A DNA stretch of 64,000 nt from Leptonemataceae bacterium (GTDB lineage Bacteria; Spirochaetota; Leptospiria; Leptospirales; Leptonemataceae): assembly GCA_965242745.1 (NCBI GenBank), contig CBDETG010000034.1, positions 17,090-81,089 of the forward strand, given 5' to 3'. Position 1 is the first letter of the stretch. Every line of letters starts with the position of its first letter. Both the position numbers and the translations under genes were made by a program. The notes under the pieces are model-generated. The model was not told the origin of the DNA. It did no database searches and worked only from the letters and a program-made list of their open reading frames with translations. Below are positions 27,781 to 36,236 of the stretch, piece by piece.

Positions 27781-28257
27781 ATGAGACTCGTTTGCTTAGA
27801 TACTCACATTTTAATATGGGGTATCAAAGGGGCAGCGACTGCGGGGCAAGAAGAGAAGGTGGAAGTTGCTCAAGCTTTTATCCAGCACCTTGAGAGTCAA
27901 AAAAGTAAGGCCATCATTCCTTCAGTGGTTATGGCAGAATTTTTGGTGGAGTACAGAGATGATAAGCAAAGGCATGAATTCAGCGCTTTCTTGGATAGGA
28001 AGTTTATGGTGGCGCCGTTTGATACGCAAGCAGCTATTAAGTTTTCAGAAATATGGCAAAAAAATCATCAAAACAAAAGCAAAACAGACACCAGAGACAA
28101 AGTCAAATTTGACTACCAAATTGTTTCGATAGCTGTTACAAAGGGTGCAGATTGTATTTATACGCATGATAAGGACCTGTCCAAGTTTGCCCGAGGTTTC
28201 ATTGAAACACAAGAAATGCCGGACCTAAGAGGGACACAAATGGATTTACCGATGTAA
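27781..28257 (+). CDS. PIN-domain nuclease (VapC-like)
   Basis: Acidic residues are placed as in PIN domains: LDTHILIW (D7), VVMAEFLV, KFDYQIVSIA, YTHDKD. Confidence 0.75.
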   Translation: MRLVCLDTHILIWGIKGAATAGQEEKVEVAQAFIQHLESQKSKAIIPSVVMAEFLVEYRDDKQRHEFSAFLDRKFMVAPFDTQAAIKFSEIWQKNHQNKSKTDTRDKVKFDYQIVSIAVTKGADCIYTHDKDLSKFARGFIETQEMPDLRGTQMDLPM

Positions 28258-28295
28258 ACAATGCTTCGCTTGCTGCGACGGCATGCTCGGGAATT

Positions 28296-28680
28296 AAGCC
28301 CGCGCAAAAAATATGTTGCGCTGTGAGATTAAGCGGCTACGTTCGCAGTGAAAATACAGCGTCGGCCTTGTTGTAATAAGCGGCGTTTGTGTACTGGGAC
28401 GCTGTAGGATTGGCAGCGGGCGTTGGTGGTAAAATGCGGAGTCTGGCGTTGTTGTAATATGCAGAGTCTGGGCGTTGTTGCGTAACACAAAAGCGAGAAT
28501 CGGCGATTCCACGCAGGCACCACAGCGCTTATCAGCTATTTTGCGAATTACACAACAAGGCCCCCAGTTAGCAAAACTAGCGCTGCCTACTCCCAACGTC
28601 GCTTATAGCTACACCGCCCTCGTCATCAAAACTACCGCCCACTCCCAGCGCCATATTTGTACAACAACGCGACACTGAAT
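28296..28680 (+). repeat. GC-rich dispersed repeat element, copy 4 (forward units followed by inverted units)
   Basis: The first ~180 nt equal copy 3 apart from a ~37-nt insertion. The distal half carries reverse-oriented units (ATTACACAACAAGGCC, TTTGTACAACAACGCG) like the copy at 47225-47470. Confidence 0.9.
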
Positions 28681-28709
28681 TTAGGCAATAATACTGGCCT
28701 CAGCTGAGC

Positions 28710-30608
28710 TCAAATGCGGCGTGAGGTGGAGGAATAGTGAGTCTTGTCTGTGTGCAGGCTGCTTAAGTGTAATTCCCGAAGCTGCTCTGCTTCTACCTTG
28801 CTTGGACTTTGGGACATAAGACATTGGCCCTTTTGGGTCTTAGGGAAGGCTATGACATCTCTAATGGAGTTCTTTTGTAAAAAGAGCATCAAGATGCGAT
28901 CAAGACCAAAAGCTATGCCTGCATGAGGCGGGGCGCCGTATTCGAGAGAGCGAAGCAAAAAGGAAAATTGTTCTTCTATTTGCTCTGGGGCTAAGGCGAG
29001 GTATTGGAATACCTGTCTTTGCATTTTGGCATCGTGAATGCGTACAGAGCCTCCCCCTATCTCTACTCCGTTTAAAACCAGATCATAGGCCTGCGAAAGC
29101 AGGCTCAGGCCGGAATCCGCAAAAGCCTTTTCGTCCATAAGTACAGGGAAATCTTCCTCTCGAGGCGCCGTAAAAGGATTATGCACGCTCTGTATTTTGT
29201 TAGTTTGAGGATCACGCATAAAAAGAGGGAAATCGTAGACCCACACAAAGGACCACAGTTTTTCTGGTATAAGCTTCCTTTCTTGGGCCATCCTCCTGCG
29301 CAAATGACCCAGAGAGCTGTGAACTACTTCCTCAGGGCCTGCTCCAAAAAAGATCACATCTCCTTTTTGGCATGATAGGCAATGCGCCAGTTTTTCTAGT
29401 AATGCAGGCTGAAAGAATTTGCTGATAACAGATTGCAGGCCCTGTTCCTCGTATTTGAGCCATGCCAAGCCCTTAGCCTGAAAGTCATGAGCAAGCCATG
29501 CCTCAAGATTCTCTATCTCCTTACGAGATAAGCCTGCTCCTCCCGGGACGCAGAGCGCCTTGACCCTGCCCCCTTCCTCCAAGACCTTACGAAAGACTTG
29601 AAATTGAGATTCCTTAACTATGTGAGCCACATCCACCAAAGGCATATCGTACCTAAGATCAGGCGCGTCCACTCCGTAATTCTCCATAGCCTCATGATAA
29701 GAAAGGCCTCGTATAGGCAGCTGCAGCTGGACCTCAAAGCATTCTTCTAAAACATAAGCCCACAGCTTTTCCATACTTTGCATGACCATAGCACGATTGA
29801 CAAAACTCATTTCTATATCCAGCTGCGTGAATTCAGGCTGGCGGTCGGCCCGCAGGTCCTCATCTCTAAAACATTTTACTATTTGAAAGTATCTTTCCAT
29901 ACCGCTTAGCATCAGGAGCTGCTTGAAGATTTGAGGTGACTGCGGCAGGGCATAGAAGTTGCCGGGCATGATGCGTGAGGGGACAAGGAAATCCCGCGCG
30001 CCTTCGGGCGTGGCCTTGTTTAGCACAGGCGTTTCAATCTCTAAAAAGTCCTGCGATATAAGAAAGTTACGTATGCTGTGATTGAGTCGGGAACGAGCCC
30101 TGAGAGCTTCCTGCATCTCCTGACGACGCAGGTCCAAAACACGATAGCGCAGGCGCAGCTCCTCAGAACTATGATCATATTCTTCTATGCTTATAGGAGG
30201 CGTGAGTGAAGCGCTGAGGATGCGAAAATCTTTTACAAGCGCTTCTACCTCGCCTGTGGGCAGCTTGCTGTTGTAACTCTCAGCGCTGCGCTTTCTTAGT
30301 ATGCCTTGCACGGCAACATTGTACTCGCTTCTCATGCCCTCCGCCTCTGCAAAGGCATCACCCAAAACCGAACGATCAAAAACAAGCTGGAGCAGACCGC
30401 TGCGGTCCCGCAGGTCTACAAAGATACAGGCGCCCTGGTCTCTGCAGCGCATAGCCCAACCTGCGACATAAATGATCTTCCCATCGTCTTTGGCACGAAA
30501 GCCTCCAGCGGGACTGCGTTTTTGGTATAGCTCTGTAAGCCATGCTCTTTGCTCTTCCTGCTTCTTGGATAGAGAAGGCGCGTTTTGGGGAGGCGTGTTT
30601 TGTGTCAT
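28710..30608 (-). CDS. aspS: Aspartyl-tRNA synthetase
   Basis: Class II motifs (FQIVKCFRDEDLRADRQPEFTQLDIE, GGGSVRIH, APPHAGIAFGLDR). The likely start is MTQNTPP at 30608 within the longer tracked ORF. Confidence 0.95.
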   Translation of the reverse strand: MTQNTPPQNAPSLSKKQEEQRAWLTELYQKRSPAGGFRAKDDGKIIYVAGWAMRCRDQGACIFVDLRDRSGLLQLVFDRSVLGDAFAEAEGMRSEYNVAVQGILRKRSAESYNSKLPTGEVEALVKDFRILSASLTPPISIEEYDHSSEELRLRYRVLDLRRQEMQEALRARSRLNHSIRNFLISQDFLEIETPVLNKATPEGARDFLVPSRIMPGNFYALPQSPQIFKQLLMLSGMERYFQIVKCFRDEDLRADRQPEFTQLDIEMSFVNRAMVMQSMEKLWAYVLEECFEVQLQLPIRGLSYHEAMENYGVDAPDLRYDMPLVDVAHIVKESQFQVFRKVLEEGGRVKALCVPGGAGLSRKEIENLEAWLAHDFQAKGLAWLKYEEQGLQSVISKFFQPALLEKLAHCLSCQKGDVIFFGAGPEEVVHSSLGHLRRRMAQERKLIPEKLWSFVWVYDFPLFMRDPQTNKIQSVHNPFTAPREEDFPVLMDEKAFADSGLSLLSQAYDLVLNGVEIGGGSVRIHDAKMQRQVFQYLALAPEQIEEQFSFLLRSLEYGAPPHAGIAFGLDRILMLFLQKNSIRDVIAFPKTQKGQCLMSQSPSKVEAEQLRELHLSSLHTDKTHYSSTSRRI

Positions 30609-30809
30609 ATTTCTAAGCTTTCGCGCTGAGCAGATAAAGATAGCTTTCGTACTATGGTTTAGGATGCCAAGCATTATTCTGTCCTGCAGGGTAAAAAGCA
30701 TGCCTCTAGTACATAGACAAGGCGCACTGGAAGCCTAAAAAAGCTCTATTTCATCAAGTGAGCGCATTTCTGTTTGACAGCGCTTAAGGCAAAACCAAGC
30801 TGTTTTCTT

Positions 30810-33614
30810 ATGTCTGCGCCCGCCGAAGTCCAGCGTCTTGTAGAAAATTTTGATGCGCACATCGACTCCTACAAAGCAGGGTCCTATAACGAGACGCAGC
30901 TGCGCGTGGATTTCGTTGATCCACTTTTTAGCTGCATGGGCTGGGACATCAATAATCAAGCGGGCTTTGCTGAAAGTTACCGCGACGTGCTGCACGAATA
31001 TACGCTTAAGACCAAAGACGGCACGAAGGCGCCCGACTATTGCTTTTGTATTGGCGGCGCCCGCAAATTCTTTTTAGAGACGAAAAAGCCCGCCGTGCAT
31101 ATCAAAGATGACGCTGCGCCCGCCTTTCAACTGCGGCGTTACGGCTGGTCGGCGAGTCTGCCCTTGAGCATCCTCACGGACTTTGAGGAATTTGCCGTCT
31201 ATGATTGCCGCATCAAGCCGCAGCAAAAGGACCGCGCCTCTGTCGCTCGGCTTATGTATTTTACTTACAAGGATTATTTAGACGAGTGGGAGGAGCTGGC
31301 GGGGCTTTTTTCTAAGAGAGCGATTCAACAAGGCGCTTTTGATACGTTTGTCAGCTCGGATAAAAAAAAGAAAGGCGCAAGCGAGATTGACAAGTCCTTT
31401 TTAGCGGACATGGAGAGGTGGCGCGAGCTGCTTGCTAAAAACATTGCGCTGCGCAACGCAAAGCTGAGTCAAAAAGAGATGAACCATTACGTGCAGGCGA
31501 CGATGGATCGCATCATCTTTTTGCGCATCTGCGAGGATCGTAATATAGAAGAATACGGCCGGCTGCAGGAGCTGCTAAAAAAAGAGCGCGTCTATAAGGG
31601 CTTGTGCCGCCTCTTTAGGCAGGCTGACGCAAAATACAATTCGGGCTTGTTTTGCTTTGAGGACGAAAGGGGGCGGGGGGCGCCTGATAGGGTGAGTCTT
31701 AGATTGGCTGTTGACGACAAGCCGCTGCAAGAAATTATCCGCCATCTGTATTATCCCCAAAGCCCCTACGTGTTTTCGCAGATTCCAGCAGAGATCTTAG
31801 GGCAGGTTTATGAAAAGTTTTTAGGCAAGGTGATACGTCTGACTCCTGCGCATCAGGCCAAAGTAGAAGAGAAGCCCGAAGTGCGCAAGGCAGGCGGCGT
31901 TTATTATACGCCCAAATACGTAGTCGATTACATCGTAAAAAATACGGTGGGCGCGCTGCTCAAAAACAAGACGCCCGCGCAGGCAAAAAAGCTGCGTGTG
32001 CTGGACCCTGCCTGCGGCTCTGGCTCCTTTTTGCTTGGCGCTTATCAGTTTCTTCTGCGCTGGTATCTGCAAAGTTATAGCAAGGAGCCTGCCAAAAATA
32101 CAAAGCGCATCTATCAAGACGACAAGGGCCGGTGGTCTTTGGCGACGAGGGAAAAAAAGGAGATCCTGCTTAGCAACATTTACGGCGTGGACATTGACAG
32201 GCAGGCCGTAGAGGTCACAAAGCTCTCGCTGCTCTTGCAGGTGCTGGAGGGTGAAAACAGCGATACGCTGGATGCGGAGCGCCGCCTCTTTGCCGAGCGC
32301 GCCCTGCCTGATCTGCGTCATAATATCAAGTGCGGGAATTCGCTGATCGGGACTGACTTTTTTTACGGCAAGAACTTAGATATCTTCGAGCAGAATGAGA
32401 TGGAAAAGATTAACGCCTTTGACTGGGACGATGAGGCGCGAGGCTTTGGGGAGATCATGCGTGAGGGCGGTTTTGATGCGGTGATTGGGAATCCGCCTTA
32501 TGGGGCGGAAATTACAGCAGTCCAAAGGAAGTATATTGATAATAGATTAGATTACTCTTCAGGAACAAAAAACTCTGCAATTTATTTTATTAGTCTTGCA
32601 AAACAATTACTAAGTCCTAATGGAATTTTATCGTTTATTATTCCTAAGTCGGTATGTTATTCAAATGGTTGGAAGGAATGCGCATTGATGTTGATAAAAA
32701 GGCTGGTGAAGTTAATTGATGTAGAAAAAGCATTTCAAGGCGTAAAGCTAGAGCAGATCATATTTCTATGCGACCAGAATAACAAAAAGGATTCTTATAC
32801 AAATGGTCTCGTGATAAATGGAGAAATAAAGCAACAGTCAATCGTTAAAAAATCAGTGTTTTCCAAATATAATATATTGCTTGCGGGACAAGTAAAAAGT
32901 GAAATTGATATTATAAACAAGATTACAACAAATTTTTCAAAAATGCTTTCTGATTATGTGTTTATTGAACGTGGTTTGAATTGGCAGAGCCAAGTTAAAG
33001 AAAAGCGAGGTCAAACTCCTGTATTTAGGGGCGCTCAACTTAACCGCTATGCGCTAGATGACGCTACAGATTTCATTTCTTTGAAAAAATTTTCTAAAGG
33101 AGAGTATGAATACCAACTGAAACCAAAACTCTTGAATCAATTAGTCATTGCTCATGTGAAAAACCCTTATCCTCATTTTTATCTACAAGGCTTTTTAGAT
33201 TTTGAGAATAGGATTGTTTTTGAAACAATATCATGTATCTTTCCTCAAGATAAGGCGAAAGTAAATTTATATTTTTTACTAGGGTTGAATAACTCAAAAT
33301 TATTCGCATGGTTACTGTATAAATTTGTATTTTCTAACGCTATACGTAGTATTCGCTTTGATAACCTCTATGTGAAAAAGATACCTGTACCCGACCTTAA
33401 TGAGATAAACCAATCTGGTATAGCAAAACTTGCAACTCAGATACTCGCCGCACAAAAAAAACTGCATACATCAAAATCCGATAGCGACCGCAGGCATTAT
33501 CAGCAGAAGGCGGATATACTTGATAGACAGATAGATGCGCTGGTCTATGAATTGTATGAACTAAGGCCGGAGGAAATCAGGATTGTGGAGGGGAGGGGAT
33601 GCGAGGAGAGATAG
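30810..33614 (+). CDS. Type IIG restriction-modification fusion enzyme, paralog 2 (different C-terminal specificity region)
   Basis: Same architecture and motifs as 22013-25075 (APDYCFCIGGARKFFLETKKP, VLDPACGSGSFLL, GFDAVIGNPPY). The sequence after NPPY is unrelated until the shared last ~50 aa. Confidence 0.85.
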   Translation: MSAPAEVQRLVENFDAHIDSYKAGSYNETQLRVDFVDPLFSCMGWDINNQAGFAESYRDVLHEYTLKTKDGTKAPDYCFCIGGARKFFLETKKPAVHIKDDAAPAFQLRRYGWSASLPLSILTDFEEFAVYDCRIKPQQKDRASVARLMYFTYKDYLDEWEELAGLFSKRAIQQGAFDTFVSSDKKKKGASEIDKSFLADMERWRELLAKNIALRNAKLSQKEMNHYVQATMDRIIFLRICEDRNIEEYGRLQELLKKERVYKGLCRLFRQADAKYNSGLFCFEDERGRGAPDRVSLRLAVDDKPLQEIIRHLYYPQSPYVFSQIPAEILGQVYEKFLGKVIRLTPAHQAKVEEKPEVRKAGGVYYTPKYVVDYIVKNTVGALLKNKTPAQAKKLRVLDPACGSGSFLLGAYQFLLRWYLQSYSKEPAKNTKRIYQDDKGRWSLATREKKEILLSNIYGVDIDRQAVEVTKLSLLLQVLEGENSDTLDAERRLFAERALPDLRHNIKCGNSLIGTDFFYGKNLDIFEQNEMEKINAFDWDDEARGFGEIMREGGFDAVIGNPPYGAEITAVQRKYIDNRLDYSSGTKNSAIYFISLAKQLLSPNGILSFIIPKSVCYSNGWKECALMLIKRLVKLIDVEKAFQGVKLEQIIFLCDQNNKKDSYTNGLVINGEIKQQSIVKKSVFSKYNILLAGQVKSEIDIINKITTNFSKMLSDYVFIERGLNWQSQVKEKRGQTPVFRGAQLNRYALDDATDFISLKKFSKGEYEYQLKPKLLNQLVIAHVKNPYPHFYLQGFLDFENRIVFETISCIFPQDKAKVNLYFLLGLNNSKLFAWLLYKFVFSNAIRSIRFDNLYVKKIPVPDLNEINQSGIAKLATQILAAQKKLHTSKSDSDRRHYQQKADILDRQIDALVYELYELRPEEIRIVEGRGCEER

Positions 33615-33670
33615 CGTTTTTAGAAAGAGATGGTTTATAGAAAAGTACAAATCAATCAGAACAGATTGCT
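33516..33670 (+). repeat. 155-bp direct repeat, copy A (3' end of RM paralog 2 + first 41 nt of the ImmA-like gene)
   Basis: Aligns to 35346-35500 at a constant offset of 1830 bp with about 6-7 mismatches. Confidence 0.95.
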
Positions 33671-34778
33671 TTATCTGTTGAAACTATTCTCTTACAAGAA
33701 AGAGAAGCTTTTAGAACACGTCAATTCTCACTATAAACGCCCAAAAGAATTTAAAGATTTATTCAATGATGAAATTGATATTGGGGTACTAAAAAAAATA
33801 GATGCTCTCTTTCAACAGGGGCTGAGCTATTATACAGACCCTACTGATATAGAACCTAGCGGCAAGAATAGTATATTTTTTAGAAAGCGGCGCTTCAATA
33901 CTACATTAGTTTTTGGTGATTATTTGCGCGTGAATGCTATAGAGCGAGAAGCGCAGCATCTCAATGCGCTTGTAAAATTATGCAATTACCCCATTGGAAA
34001 TATCCCATTTAACGATAGCCTTGACAGCTCTCCAGACCTAGCTGCTAAAAAGGCTATAGCGGAGTTTTACCCAGAACAAGGGATTAAGGACGACAGAGAT
34101 TTCTTAAAGGCTTTCATACATAAATTGTCAGAAAAGAACATTGTAGTATTTGAATATGTGGAAACTTGGAACCAAAACTATAAGAGTAGTTTGGACGGCC
34201 TCTTTATTAAGCCCAATATCATTGCCATTAAGAGACAACAAGATAGTCTTAAAAGAGAAATTTTTACCCTGGCTCATGAGCTTGGACATTGCATACTAAG
34301 CCAAGAAGAAATTGATCAGCCGGTTATAGAACAGCGTTTAGAAAACGAAACTGAAAAATGGTGCAATGATTTCGCTTTTGCTTTTTTAATAGGGCCGGAA
34401 AAAAAGAGACTTTTACTGCAAAGATCCGATTTTAGTTTGCAGTCTTCCTATATTCGGCAAATCACTCAGGAACAACATTTAAGCCGTTTAGCTATTTTTA
34501 CATTTCTTTGGATTCATCAAAAAATTTCATGGGTGGCATACCAGAACATTAAGAAGCAACTCAAGCAAGAGTACGAAAGTCGTCAAAAGAAAAAAGAAGA
34601 ACAAAAAATACGAAATAAAGAGTCAGGAATAAAGCAAAGAGGCGGCCCCCCTAAGCCTATTCATTCAAAACTCGCAGAAGATATTTATCGCAGCGCGTTT
34701 TTAAACAATGTAGTTAAGGAATACGAAGTATTGATGCGCTTTGGCAAAAAAGATATAGATAACTTTATTTATGGATAA
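33630..34778 (+). CDS. ImmA/IrrE-like (COG2856) zinc metallopeptidase domain protein
   Basis: HExxH motif in FTLAHELGHCIL. 382 aa. Starts 15 nt after the RM paralog 2 stop. Confidence 0.65.
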   Translation: MVYRKVQINQNRLLYLLKLFSYKKEKLLEHVNSHYKRPKEFKDLFNDEIDIGVLKKIDALFQQGLSYYTDPTDIEPSGKNSIFFRKRRFNTTLVFGDYLRVNAIEREAQHLNALVKLCNYPIGNIPFNDSLDSSPDLAAKKAIAEFYPEQGIKDDRDFLKAFIHKLSEKNIVVFEYVETWNQNYKSSLDGLFIKPNIIAIKRQQDSLKREIFTLAHELGHCILSQEEIDQPVIEQRLENETEKWCNDFAFAFLIGPEKKRLLLQRSDFSLQSSYIRQITQEQHLSRLAIFTFLWIHQKISWVAYQNIKKQLKQEYESRQKKKEEQKIRNKESGIKQRGGPPKPIHSKLAEDIYRSAFLNNVVKEYEVLMRFGKKDIDNFIYG

Positions 34779-35337
34779 ATACCTTATAGATACAAGCTCT
34801 CTTATAAGTTTAGCGCGCTACTACGCTCCTTTTGACGAAGAAAAAATTCTTTATACCGCAATACATAAAATGTTTATCGATCACAAGTGTGTGCTTTTAG
34901 AAAGCGTATTTAATGAGGCAAAGAACGTTGCTAAAGGCATAATTACAAAAACCTATGTTTTCTTAAAAGATATACCAAGAGAAAAAAATATATCAGTTAT
35001 TCCACCGCCTCTCCACATCAAAATTGATAACAACTGGGCGGTAAAACTTCACAATAAGATTGATAACAACTGGGCGGTAATATCCCAAAAAGCAAAATTA
35101 GCAGCAGCCGAATATGAAACACGCAAAAAAAAAGAGATAGAAAAAGCGGATTTTCAACTTATTTTCATGGCGCAAAATCAGAAAAATTGTACTATAGTTT
35201 CTGAAGAGAGCAAAAAAGAAAACGATCAAAAGCTATTTAAAAAGATTCCACTTATCTGCAAAGATGAAGAAATAACGTGTATTAGACTGCCAGAGATGAT
35301 GAAAGCTAATGGTATTCATATCGAATATAAAGTGTAA
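34771..35337 (+). CDS. DUF4411-like (PIN-like) protein
   Basis: N-terminus MDKYLIDTSSLISLARYYAPF resembles the DUF4411 start. Overlaps the upstream gene by 8 nt. Contains an internal 36-bp duplication (KIDNNWAV twice). Confidence 0.5.
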   Translation: MDKYLIDTSSLISLARYYAPFDEEKILYTAIHKMFIDHKCVLLESVFNEAKNVAKGIITKTYVFLKDIPREKNISVIPPPLHIKIDNNWAVKLHNKIDNNWAVISQKAKLAAAEYETRKKKEIEKADFQLIFMAQNQKNCTIVSEESKKENDQKLFKKIPLICKDEEITCIRLPEMMKANGIHIEYKV

Positions 35338-35345
35338 TGATATAA

Positions 35346-35500
35346 ATACTTGACGCGCAGATAGATGCGCTGGTCTATGAATTGTATGAACTAAGGCCGG
35401 AGGAAATCAGGATTGTGGAGGGGAGGGGAGGCGAGAAGACATAGCGTCTTTAGAAAGAGATGGTTTATAGAAAAGTACAAATCAATCAGAACAGATTGCT
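35346..35500 (+). repeat. 155-bp direct repeat, copy B
   Basis: See 33516-33670. It carries a second RM-tail motif and a truncated ImmA-like start (MVYRKVQINQNRLL then divergence). Confidence 0.95.
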
Positions 35501-35563
35501 CGATGGAATCTGCGCTTTCATGTGGTTTTGAGGCCACTTCTAAATATAAGACGGATAATTTGC

Positions 35564-36229
35564 ATGCCCTCCTTGAATCTGAAAAAATCTGAGCTCAGCA
35601 TAAATAACAAGAAGCAGCCTCTTCTTGTTGCTATGGATTTGGAAGGCTGTCTCATACCAGAGATATGGGCAGCCTTAGCTGAAAAGACCAAAGTCTCAGA
35701 ATTGGCTTTGACTACGCGTGATATAGCAGACTATGATGCGCTGATGGGCAGGCGCTTGGCGCTGCTCCAAGAACACAAGCTTCGGATCCAAGATATAGAA
35801 AACATTATCAGCTCGCTTGCGCCGCTGGAGGGCGCTAAGGAATTTCTATACTGCCTGCGCTCTTTGTTTCCTTTCGTGATTCTTTCAGATACTTTCTATG
35901 AGTTTGCCTCAGCCATTTTACCAAAGCTTGACTATCCTACGCTCTTTTGCCATAGGCTGGGCATAGATGAACATGGCACGATTAGGCATTATTATCTCCG
36001 CAGCCTGAGCAGTAAGGCGGGAGCAGTACAAGCTTTTCAAGAAAACGGCTTTTTTGTAGTCGCCATAGGAGATTCTTACAATGATATAGAAATGCTGCAG
36101 AAAGCTCAGCAAGGCATACTCTTTCATGCGCCTAAGGAAATAAGTGGGCAATTTTCTCACCTACCCTCCTATCACAATTACCAAGAACTCAAAGAAGCGA
36201 TTGGACATATAGCAAGGATGAAGTTGTAA
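35564..36229 (+). CDS. thrH: Phosphoserine phosphatase / homoserine phosphotransferase ThrH-like HAD protein
   Basis: Strong by-eye match to Pseudomonas ThrH: DLEGCLIPEIWAALAEKT, TTRDIADYDALM, PLEGAKEF, VILSDTFYEF, GDSYNDIEML, GILFHAP. Confidence 0.8.
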   Translation: MPSLNLKKSELSINNKKQPLLVAMDLEGCLIPEIWAALAEKTKVSELALTTRDIADYDALMGRRLALLQEHKLRIQDIENIISSLAPLEGAKEFLYCLRSLFPFVILSDTFYEFASAILPKLDYPTLFCHRLGIDEHGTIRHYYLRSLSSKAGAVQAFQENGFFVVAIGDSYNDIEMLQKAQQGILFHAPKEISGQFSHLPSYHNYQELKEAIGHIARMKL

Positions 36230-36236
36230 AGCGCGC

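Noticed and set aside
26700-28680. Integron-like gene cassettes with attC sites (promoterless same-strand TA cassettes separated by similar repeats)
   Set aside because: There is no tyrosine-recombinase/IntI gene in the window. I could not find the R''/L''...L'/R' symmetry or GTTRRRY cores at the repeat ends. The repeats are 250-390 bp, larger and more composite than attC sites. This remains only a loose analogy.
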